From: Octopus bimaculoides
Lineage: Eukaryota
DNA length: 64,000 nt
NCBI RefSeq assembly: GCF_001194135.2
Contig: NC_068992.1
Span: 6,084,718-6,148,717, forward strand
Reading direction: 5' to 3'
Part shown: positions 53,783 to 64,000 of the stretch, piece after piece
How positions within the stretch are numbered: the first letter of the stretch is position 1
Layout: every line of letters starts with the position of its first letter
The notes under the pieces: generated by a model
The model's database searches: none
What the model was told of the DNA's origin: nothing
What the model saw: only the letters and a program-made list of their open reading frames with translations
Position numbers and translations under genes: made by a program

Positions 53783-53815
53783 GGTGCCCCAGCATGGCCA
53801 CAATACAACCGCAAA
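53783..53815 (+). mobile_element. SINE-B/CR1-type 3' tail fragment
   Basis: ggtgccccagcatggccaca matches the CR1 tail at 18648-18664. Confidence 0.55.
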
Positions 53816-54999
53816 AGAAGAGAGAATTTTTTTTTTAAATATACCTTCCATACATGCATGCGTGTGTGCAATCGCATATGCCAATGTATTACATGAAGAA
53901 AATCTCCTTATTAAAATGGCAAATAGGAAAAATCGAATGCGTTAGTATTTTTTTTTTGTAAAGCTTTGCCGTGAATTTTTTTAAATTTTTCTATTTGTTT
54001 TTTCTTGGTAAAGAATTATCTCCAGGAAAAACTGTCGTAACTCTCATAGCCTCAGGACAGAATAAAGAGCTGAGGCCTGGAAACATGACAAAGTGGAAAA
54101 GGTTTATGACATTTTGGATCAGAAATACCAATATTCATCTGGAAAAGGAGCAAAGCAAAATGTCAAATGTGATTTAATCTACAATGCCTGCATTGAATTC
54201 CTGACTCACACACAACAACACACACAGACACACACACAAGCACTAATCACGCGCCGCGCTCAAACATGGTCCTTTACACACACATATGCATTCGTGCATA
54301 CAAGGCCATATCTACATCACGCACTCAATCCTCTATATGCATAAAAAACACAGATACATGTATATATATATATATATATATATNNNNNNNNNNNNNNNNN
54401 NNNNNNNNNNNNNNNNNNNNNNNNNNNNNNNNNNNNNNNNNNNNNNNNNNNNNNNNNNNNNNNNNNNNNNNNNNNNNNNNNNNNNNNNNNNNNNNNNNNN
54501 NNNNNNNNNNNNNNNNNNNNNNNNNNNNNNNNNNNNNNNNNNNNNNNNNNNNNNNNNNNNNNNNNNNNNNNNNNNNNNNNNNNNNNNNNNNNNNNNNNNN
54601 NNNNNNNNNNNNNNNNNNNNNNNNNNNNNNNNNNNNNNNNNNNNNNNNNNNNNNNNNNNNNNNNNNNNNNNNNNNNNNNNNNNNNNNNNNNNNNNNNATA
54701 TATGTATATATATATATATATATGAATATGAATGATCGTTGAGAGGTTAGCTTAATATTCTATATCCATAACAAATGCCTTGAAGTATAAGATTTGCATA
54801 CGAAATACTTATGTGAAAAGATTTTTATATATTATAATTTATATATGTATGAGACGTGCAATGTCTGTGTCAGCCCGTGTAAGTATATATACATACATAT
54901 ATATGTATGTGTGTGCGTGTTTGTGTATACACAGATATGTGTATTTCTATGCATGTATATATATATACTATCTGTCTAAGTATATACATACACACACAA

Positions 55000-55032
<33 letters not shown>

Positions 55033-55575
55033 NNNNNNNNNNNNNNNNNNNNNNNNNNNNNNNNNNNNNNNNNNNNNNNNNNNNNNNNNNNNNNNNNNNN
55101 NNNNNNNNNNNNNNNNNNNNNNNNNNNNNNNNNNNNNNNNAATGTCTAATGCATTAATGTTTATACCTTTATTCATAGCATTTGATTCGTTCCTAATTAC
55201 CAATCTTATAACTCATATGTCTATAATGTCGTCGCCTGAAATATCCTTTCTATTCTGCAATTGCGACTACAGACTCCTATTCTCCCTATATATATATTGG
55301 AAACTCCTGGACATATTTTTGTATCACAATATCCATCGTTTTTTCATATGCCTTTCATCTGACAACTGCATCATATATTTTACACCATTTTTTTCCTACT
55401 AATGTATCTAACGAACAGTGTTCTAGTTGTAATAAGATGTTCACTTCTTTATTGCTTTCTATATACAGCTTATAATTTCCCAAAAATGAAACTTTTTTTA
55501 CGACTATCTCAATGTATACTTGTCCAATTCATTTTATTATAGCATAATATACATATGTGTCTCAGAGTTAAGCAT

Positions 55576-55640
55576 GCACCAGCATGACCGCAGCCACTTG
55601 GCTGAAACACATAAATAAATAAAATAAATAAATAGAAAAA
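55576..55640 (+). mobile_element. SINE family B extreme 3' fragment
   Basis: ccagcatgaccgcagccacttggctgaaac followed by an (AAAT)n tail. Compare family B ccagcatggccgcagtcaaatgactgaaac. Confidence 0.6.
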
Positions 55641-57233
55641 AAACCTTGTTTTTTTTTCCAGGCATTTTGTACCTATTTAATATATATTGATGTTTTGAGC
55701 GGAAACAAATGAGTAAGAGTAATGTCCCCTGTCGAGTTGGTATAGTATAATATACTGTATTGAAGTATGTAAAACAAAATTCATTCCCTTATTTATATTT
55801 GTCTCAGAGACTATTTGATGTAATATGTATAACTGTTAGTTTAGAGCTAACAAGAACCGTCATTTTTATGCTTAATACATATGGATTTTTTACAGTTAAG
55901 CAAAAATCATGGTATTGTCACCCAACTATATTTTGGTTCAAAATAACACATTGTAATTCTGATGTTTTTTAGAGATTTGCAGGGATGTCTCTTTGTCCTC
56001 AAACAGTCTAGTGCAGAATAATCTACATAAGTATTTTACAGGGACCAGGAACTGCAATATTTTATTGCATAGACAGTCACATTAGTGTAATAATCTTCAT
56101 AGCTATGTCAGTGTTTCATAAAAATGGGAATATTTTACACGACATACTGTGCGATGTAGAATAATACGAATTGATATTTAGAACTAAGCAGGAAGCGCAG
56201 TATTTTTGTTTTGGTAGAGTTTAGTGTAGAACCTGATACATAGACATTATAGGAAGGGAGGTAACAAAAGGAGCGAAAGAAAATACATCTAACGCAGAGG
56301 AGCTTCTTGTCTATTCGTGTGATATACCTTGTTGTTCATCTTTTCATGGATTTTGTGATATACTCGTTCTCAGATATTTCTAATGATATGGTAATTCTAT
56401 TCGATATTTACAGAATCCGAGAAGGTCGTACATTACGAAATAATATTTTGTAAGCAAGTCTTTATAATGCATCGTTTTTACTTTACATTTTATTTGTTTT
56501 CTATTTGCATTTATAATCAAATATAGTTAGGCGTATACTGTATCCATGGAATTCCTTACGAATTATCTTCAAATATTTGTTCTGCCGACAAGCAATATTT
56601 ACAGTGTTTCACGTGTTCGACAATTTAATTTGACAGGATACATTCATAAGAATATATATAGTGCTCATATTTAATTTCGTCCGCCTAAGATCAGTTGTTA
56701 TAGAGAAAGGTTATAGTCAGAGACAATCCATTAATGACCATATCTTATCTATCTGTCTACATTTTCCAATTAGGGATTTGAGGGATTCTTGCAAGTTTAT
56801 CGACGCCTAAATATTTTTCTGCTGTCTCCATTCGTTTTGATTTTGTAAAACTATTACTTCCCGACTGGAATTCTCACAATTCAAATGTAAGTTTACCTAG
56901 ATGTCATGTATGATCCGCTACACATACGGTTGAGACTAGTTATGAAAGATATATTTCTTTAAGACACATTTTAATTCTGAAGAGAGATAAATGTAATTGA
57001 TTGTGTAATTCACTAAACAAGCTGCGCTCCATTCTCCATTCGGTCTTGATTTAAACCTGTATGTGCTATGGCTGGTGACATCAGAAATGAACAATTCGGA
57101 TGGAATCAGAACGCAACAGCTATCATACATCCATACTTCTTATTGATACTTTGAATCCCGCAGAATGTTTAAGGATTATGAGCTTGAGGTCATTTGTGCC
57201 ATTTAAGTCTTTGTTATCGATGATTTGCTACAG

Positions 57234-57259
57234 GATCGATAACGGAAATCTATACGTCG
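57234..57259 (+). other. Candidate 26-nt micro-exon
   Basis: Acceptor gatttgctacag|G and donor TCG|gtgagc. Two frames are open (IDNGNLYV or SITEIYTS). Confidence 0.12.
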
Positions 57260-58252
57260 GTGAGCGTTCAATAAGTTTGTATTGCAGAAAACTACATTGT
57301 CTAATGTATCCGTTTATATTTAATACAAGATGTCATTTGAAAAGGGTTGCTACTGTATCTTATGGAAGAAATTGGCAACTATGAGATCCCTTGTTGTGAA
57401 AGAAGGCGGTAGGTTGTGAAAGAGTTAACGTCATCGATGATGACAATAGCGATGATTGTATTTAATATGAAAATGATTAGAACGGTGATGATAATTGTGG
57501 CGGCTGTGAAATCGTTGACAACAAATAAGACGCGACTATGACGTTGAGGACTTTAGACGATGGAGCGAAATGTAAGTGAAGGCTATAGAGTTGGCATGGC
57601 TTGTGATGTTACTGTAGTGGTAATCAAGTGATTGCTTGTGGCGGTGTTAACATTGTTCAGGCTGGAGTGAAAGCGACTAGTAATTTCAATGAAGAGAAAA
57701 AAAAAACTTTCTTCCAAAATAACTGCTGGGAAAATATGATACAATATATATTTAGAAAGAAGATTGATGAATAGTATTCTGGAAGAAATATTCTCTGCAC
57801 AAAAGAAAAGATAAACTGATGGCCAAAGAAAACTGTTCAAAATCAAATGTAATAGTGGAGAACGTAGGAAGACATCTTGTTATCTAAATGAAGAATTGGT
57901 CTTCAGAGAAAAGAAAGTTCCTATATGTTTTAGAATGTTCCTATGTCTTTTCATATTCATTAATTTCTTTTCGTAATTTAGCTAAACGAAAGATTAAAAT
58001 AAGATTTTACTTACAATCTAATATAATTCTTTAAGTTTAAAATTAATTGAAATAAATTAATTATACACTATTTTAGAACTAATTAGAATCGTTTGTTACA
58101 TGATATTGATTTTTATATTCCATTTGAAAAGATGGAATAAAAAACAATAATATGAATAAAATTCGTATTTAGATATGTACATTACATTATTAATTCAATA
58201 AACAACTTTCGATAAATATTCGTTTGATTTTTGTTTTTCATGTTGTTGTTGT

Positions 58253-58287
<35 letters not shown>

Positions 58288-58659
58288 TTGTTGTTGTTGT
58301 CGTTTTCGGAAGATAAAGAATGACATTTTATTATTTTGATGATGACCCGGTAGTCTTCACAGAATCTTTGAATCTGATCCAAGAAACGAATAGAGCCAGA
58401 AGCAATGACTGTTGGAATGAGCGAAACTAGTCAAACATGAAAATAACATTTGGTAAACTGATTGAGAAGAAAACCAAGTGAAGTAATAACATCATAGAGC
58501 AGATAATTACATTTGTCCATTTGGGAAGTGAAATAAATTACAAAAGAGTTGGTATTGACAAGATCAAACATTGGTAAGGGTAATTGAAAGTGGTCGTCTT
58601 TACTGACAGTTTGTGTATCAACATATATATGAGCATGCAATAACATTGTCCTATGTAAA

Positions 58660-58830
58660 GATTATTTTAAAATTAGGAACGAAATAGTTGCATGTATGGA
58701 AGATGTGTTATGTTAATTCAGCTTCAATAGATAGATGGAATAAATTAGAAAAAGAAGTAAATCGAAGAATTGCCAATGCAGCAACGGCGAATAAAAGAAT
58801 ATTAGCACTCTTGATGGATTTGTAAACTTA
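58660..58830 (+). mobile_element. RTE-clade LINE fragment
   Basis: KIRNEIV...NKLEKEVNRRIANAATANKRIL resembles RTE I.NE.LE.V...LEKEVNRRIxxAxxA. Confidence 0.45.
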
Positions 58831-59039
58831 TACAGTATTCAGCATCATTTATTCAGTGCCTTGGTCATGCCTGTATNNNNNNNNNNNNNNNNNNNNNNNN
58901 NNNNNNNNNNNNNNATGTATGTATGTATGTATGTATGTATGTATAAATATGTATGTATATATGTATGTAAATATATGTGCGTATGCATTTATGTATGTAT
59001 GTATGTATTTATGTATGTATTATGAATGTATGTATTAGA

Positions 59040-59290
59040 CAAAAAGATATAACACAACCAAGTGTGTGAGCAGTTTTCAGGATATTTATAAGGAAACGGA
59101 TACAGTCTTACAGCTGTTTCTGGGATATTATGGATATCCCTTCATCAGAGACGACGTGAGATGGTTAAATACAGGTAAATATTTCAGTGACTTAGCGTTA
59201 CTTGCCACACTTTGGGTCTTCTAGATACCAATACCTTATATATACGCCCTGGAGGGCAAAATGTTGGGTTTTCGTACACGTGGGACTCGA
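59040..59290 (-). mobile_element. Probable Penelope-type terminal repeat (pseudo-LTR) or related non-autonomous fragment carrying a hammerhead
   Basis: A non-coding ~250-bp block with a TATA-like GTATATATAA (59245-59236) about 85 nt upstream of the hammerhead motif. The assignment rests on the known PLE-hammerhead association. Confidence 0.45.
59105..59152 (-). ncRNA. Type I hammerhead ribozyme motif (minimal, PLE-style)
   Basis: Minus strand GTCT-CTGATGA-A-GGGATAT-CCATA-ATATCCC-A-GAAA-CAGCTG-TA-AGAC. Stem I is GUCU/AGAC, the core is CUGAUGA plus GAAA, stem II has 7 bp, stem III is the palindrome ACAGCUGU, and cleavage is predicted after GUA (59109/59108). Caveat: A-A instead of a pair at positions 10.1/11.1. 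Confidence 0.7.
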
Positions 59291-59299
59291 AAACAACGA

Positions 59300-59615
59300 G
59301 CTGTTGGTTCCAGAAAATCCGTCGGTGACGACGATAAGAGTTCCAGTTGAATCGATCAACAGAAAAGCCTGCACGTGAAATTAAGTGACTGAGCGGTTGA
59401 CAGACAGGTGTACCCTTAACGAAGTTCTCAGGGATATTCAGTGTAACACACAAGGTGGCAAGACTGCTCTTTTGCATTAAATGTACTGTTCATTTTTGTC
59501 AGCTGAGTGGACTGGAACAACGGGATATAAAGTGTTTCGCTCAAGAACCCAATGCGCCGCCAGGAATCGAACACGCAAACATACGATCGTGATCCGAACA
59601 CCCTAACCACTAAGC
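59300..59615 (-). mobile_element. tRNA-derived SINE, family C, with a MetaSINE-like central domain
   Basis: A box TAGTGGTTAGG and B box GTTCGATTCC, then ttcttgagcgaaacactttat...ccagtccactcagctgacaaaaatg. This resembles the Meta domain CCTTGGGCAAGxCACTTTA...GTCCACCCAGCTGTAAATG. The 3' part ends cgtcgtcaccgacgg. Confidence 0.82.
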
Positions 59616-59742
59616 AAATGGAGATTAAGTTTACTGAAATATATCTAAAATACTTAATGATGGTCATCTTAGGACTCGCGTACCAAACTAATTCGATATT
59701 CATGCGAAAAACATAAATCATCAATTAATCTGCCTAATTGTG

Positions 59743-59808
<66 letters not shown>

Positions 59809-60891
59809 CGTGCGTGTGTGGATGTGTGTATATATACCCAGTCAGGTAAGTTGTATTCCAACGTAATTACGACTTCAATTGTTTTATAAATAAGTAATAA
59901 AGTAAACGTAATGGGTGTAACGAGGTTTTTACAGTCAATCGATGGACACCTGAGTTAATATAATTCAAGACATTCTGCGTAGAACTGAACTCGGATGTTA
60001 CGAGAAGAATATATTTGATCATAAACTTGTCTACACAGGACTTGTCTCGGATAACAAAAACTGACGTAACTAAGTCCTTATAGTGATAATTGTTTTCTGA
60101 CTTTAAACATTGTAGACTAATTTAATATAAATTAGATTATTCTGCATTTGACTAAAGCATAATGTTACATTTACATTTTATGACCTAAGTGGCATTAGAT
60201 GTAGAATCTTTTATTAAAGAATATTATTGTTATATTTCTGCGTTAGATGTACAGAATTGTTTGAATATAGCAGGCGTACTAATACGTAGTGGACACAATT
60301 GTACCTTGGATAGCTGTGCATTAAGTCATCCTCTGCGCATGTCTTAGTAAGTGGAAAATGTTCAACGTGATAAATGTACCCCACTTTCGAATGCTTAAAG
60401 AAAGAAGTGAAAAAAAGCATGGGTGTGATGAAGCTGATATTTATATGTTTGACAGCGGTGATTTTGGAACCAGGTTTGTAAAGTGAAATAGATAAGGAAC
60501 TGGTATTGAGATGGTGCAAACGTAGCTCAGCAAGACTTTTAAGCGATATAGTACACCATAACGAAATTATATCATTATATTTTTTGTAGCTTTCTGAAAT
60601 GTCTTACTATCTCCTTTCTTAGTGAAAATGTTCAAGCGGGAAGTAGCTTTAAGCTATAATCATTGCCATTGTCTCAAAATATCATTTTGGTCATACATCA
60701 TGAACAGGAACATAAGATAAAAAGAAACATCAAAAAATGAGAAAAAAAAATTTAAATACTTAATATACTGTTAGTTGATCATTAATAATTATTGCTACAG
60801 AAGATGGTACTTCATCAAAGAAATTAGTAATTTCAGTTCAACTTTACAGTGAGTTCTAAAGAATACTATTATGAAATATTTCATTTCGTAG

Positions 60892-61046
60892 ACGATGAAG
60901 ATAGCGATGACACTGACAATGGTAATAATATTACAGAGATAAACGAATTGCAAATTTGTCTAGGAGCACCTTGTACAGCGCCAAAGCTAAGCAGACAAGA
61001 GATGATGTTATTAGATGAGAGCAGCTGCTGTGTTTCAATCCCTTAG
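60892..61046 (+). CDS. Candidate terminal coding exon, unknown product
   Basis: Acceptor atttcatttcgtag| followed by the open frame DEDSDDTDNGNNITEINELQICLGAPCTAPKLSRQEMMLLDESSCCVSIP*. No recognisable domain. Confidence 0.13.
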
Positions 61047-61299
61047 TCACACAGGTCACGAGGAAATTAAAGTACGAGAACACACGGACTTTCTGCGTCT
61101 ACAGTTTATACACATACACATACTCACACACTATTGATGATGTTATATAATTCAATATAAATTTAAATAGATTATGTAACATTCGAAGGAAAATAGCAAT
61201 AACAACTAGGGAACCATAAGTTCCATTTTCGGCGAGGGTTTGCATTTCGTCTGACCTGAAAATGCAGTCTATATTGCATACAGAATCTGAGCTACCGAC

Positions 61300-61510
61300 C
61301 CTATTCTTTTAATTGTTTCAGTCATTAGACCGTGGCCATGCTGCAGCACCGCCTGTTTAGTCGAAGAAATCAACCCCTGGACTTATTCTTAGTAAGCCTG
61401 ATACTTATTCTATCGAGCTCTCTTGCCAAACCGCTGGTTACGGGGACGTAAACAAACCAACATTGGCTGTCGGGTGGTGGGGGAGGACAAACACAGACAC
61501 AAACACAAAT
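61300..61510 (-). mobile_element. SINE family B 3' half, running into a (TA)n tract and an N gap
   Basis: gtttcagtcattagaccgtggccatgctgcagcaccgcc...tagtcgaagaaatcaacccctggacttattc...gttacggggacgtaaac...ggacaaacacagacac. It is colinear with 39700-39895. Confidence 0.85.
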
Positions 61511-63544
61511 ATATACATTTATATATATATATATATATAAATATATATATANNNNNNNNNNNNNNNNNNNNNNNNNNNNNNNNNNNNNNNNNNNNNNNNN
61601 NNNNNNNNNNNNNNNNNNNNNNNNNNNNNNNNNNNNNNNNNNNNNNNNNNNNNNNNNNNNNNNNNNNNNNNNNNNNNNNNNNNNNNNNNNNNNNNNNNNN
61701 NNNNNNNNNNNNNNNNNNNNNNNNNNNNNNNNNNNNNNNNNNNNNNNNNNNNNNNNNNNNNNNNNNNNNNNNNNNNNNNNNNNNNNNNNNNNNNNNNNNN
61801 NNNNNNNNNNNNNNNNNNNNNNNNNNNNNNNNNNNNNNNNNNNNNNNNNNNNNNNNNNNNNNNNNNNNNNNNNNNNNNNNNNNNNNNNNNNNNNNNNNNN
61901 NNNNNNNNNNNNNNNNNNNNNNNNNNNNNNNNNNNNNNNNNNNNNNNNNNNNNNNNNNNNNNNNNNNNNNNNNNNNNNNNNNNNNNNNNNNNNNNNNNNN
62001 NNNNNNNNNNNNNNNNNNNNNNNNNNNNNNNNNNNNNNNNNNNNNNNNNNNNNNNNNNNNTTACATACAGTTACTTTTTACAAAGCGGACGAATGACAGA
62101 CTAAGTTTAGCGTTTTGCAATACAGGGCTTTCGAAATTGTTTCAATGTCACCGCGTTCTGATAATAAATACCATAAATAGTATCTTTATCATTAATACCT
62201 CCAGGCTTGATAAACTAAAAGCCTTCCAATTTCTGAGGTTGAATTAATCAACGTATCATCGCTTCACAAGTTCCTGGCATTGTGCCGGTATGAGAGACAA
62301 TTGCTTGTTTCCTAAATTTTACAAATACTTTGTGCCAAAAATATAATGGTTCAGGCACGTATACTTCTTTCACGAATCTCCAACGTGGTGAGCTGCCTTG
62401 CACTTTACTGTATACACTTGTTGTCTTTTTGTAGAAGCCGCAAAATTAATCACTTCCATCTGTGAAAGGATTCGTCCCTAATTATGTATTAATTATCTTT
62501 TGTTGTATATTTAGAGTCGCATATTTAGAGATCAGAGGTCTTAATTTTTCATTTTTTTTCGTTTTTCTCTTTTTGATTAACAAACATAAATATGCACAAT
62601 GTGGCTGAATATGAAATCTGCAGTAATCTTTAATATTCAAATTGCTCTACCCATCCATACTGTGTCGGTTACCCTCAGTAACCTCTACTCTAAATATTTC
62701 TAGAGCATGTTGTCACTACAGGGTGTGGACGGTATTTTCTCTAACTCACACCGAATCTTGTGGACAAAAGATCTTACAGCTTTCAGAAAACGAGAAATTT
62801 CTAAATCACCATGCTTAGCATTCAAAACCACAATCACTGCATGCCTTTTCATTTCATTAGAAAGCAAAGGGCCCGTCATTGTTAGAATTTCAATAAAGAT
62901 TAGTCAAATAAAAGAATGACTAACAAATGCACGTGTCCTCAAATACCATCCTCACTCAGTATTTCAGAACGACATATCTTTTAACCCTGCAGTCTAATCA
63001 GAACACAGGTCATTGCCTTTTCACGAGATTTAAATTCATTACAAAGTCCATTAGCATTGCTGTTAAATGATGCCTACCCACCATACAATATATTTGGCAG
63101 TACATATTTACCCCTGTTGTACAATTCTCTATTACCTGTGTCTCTACAACTTTAGCAAAACTACATATTTCTATGTTAATTTCAAAACCACTATAATAAC
63201 TCACCAAAATTTTTTTTATCACATTCTCATAGCTTAGTTAGGTTCACCTCCAAATTTCAATTTATATATCTGTAGTCGGTATTGTTTTTCCTATAGTTTA
63301 AATGTTATTATAATTTTTTACACATATCTCTGTCAATTTCCTGAATGACCTACAGCAGTCATAAGCAATATGCTTATCATCTCGCAAAACCGTATTTATT
63401 GTACGACATCTTAATACACGTTTCTGAATAAATGAAACATTTGCTGAAAACTATTATTTCTTTTCTTTACAGAAATATGTACATAAAAAATAAATGGCGT
63501 AAAGCATATTTTTAACATCATCATCATCATCATGAATCTATTGA

Positions 63545-63552
63545 TAATAATG

Positions 63553-63630
<78 letters not shown>

Positions 63631-63643
63631 TTAATAATAATAA
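63545..63643. repeat. (AAT)n microsatellite
   Basis: Direct reading. Confidence 0.97.
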
Positions 63644-63915
63644 TAGCAACAACAAGAAAATTGGGGAAAAAAACATCCTATTAAATCTAGAAACATAGCA
63701 TTAAGAATAAAAATTTACAAGCGCAAATTGAATTTTGAAAGATATTCCCATTTATCCTAATAACTAAATACATTTTCTTTTCTAACATGCTTTTCTTAGA
63801 ATTTTGATTTAACAAAGAACTTAGATGTTTTATATCAAAAATGATGTTCTCTATAGAAAAGTGTTTGAAAGAAAATATCTGATGGAATTATGTACGTGTA
63901 AACACACGCACAAGC

Positions 63916-63947
<32 letters not shown>

Positions 63948-64000
63948 GTACACGCACACGCATATATACACACAACGACACAGGAAGGCATACACATACG

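Larger units (their letters stand above)
3597..62060. other. 20 assembly gaps (N runs, about 5.6 kb in total) scattered through this interval
   Basis: N runs such as 3597-3931, 21012-21692, 33894-34604, 37562-38433 and 61552-62060, nearly all directly flanked by dinucleotide microsatellites. Confidence 0.98.

Noticed and set aside
60271-60346. Possible exon AGVLIRSGHNCTL, resembling cysteine desulfurase GIxxRSGHHC
   Set aside because: A short match with no other exons of such an enzyme visible, and its phase is incompatible with the next candidate exon.
3429-62247. Long ORFs in the supplied track (e.g. 33705-34943, 37337-38464, 20708-21724)
   Set aside because: They consist of X from N gaps and YI/HT/VC/RE dipeptides from dinucleotide microsatellites, so they are not genes.
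1-64000. tRNA genes, rRNA, CRISPR arrays or prokaryotic systems
   Set aside because: The A/B boxes belong to SINE heads without cloverleaf structure. No repeat-spacer arrays, operons or rRNA-like sequence were seen.

Overview
This is eukaryotic, AT-rich, non-coding-dominated DNA from a gapped short-read assembly. It has 20 N-gaps totalling about 5.6 kb, nearly all beside (TA)n, (CA)n or (GA)n tracts. The extreme microsatellite density and the SINE families point to an octopus (cephalopod) genome; that is my recognition, not a database result. I found no intact gene, tRNA, rRNA or CRISPR array, and almost all ORF-track entries are microsatellite or N-gap artefacts. The window reads as a large intron or intergenic region filled with transposon remnants: a Penelope-like RT fragment, R4/Dong 3' ends, CR1 and RTE LINE pieces, several mariner pieces (one retaining both TIRs), a Tc1 remnant and three tRNA-derived SINE families. 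The best non-routine observation is a compact type I hammerhead-ribozyme motif on the minus strand at 59105-59152. It has a palindromic stem III and a GUA cleavage site, as in Penelope-associated hammerheads. Next are a 20-nt 3' tail shared between a CR1 LINE and one SINE family, and that SINE's built-in microsatellite. Host-gene exon candidates are listed only at low confidence. I do not see evidence for a wholly new biological system.
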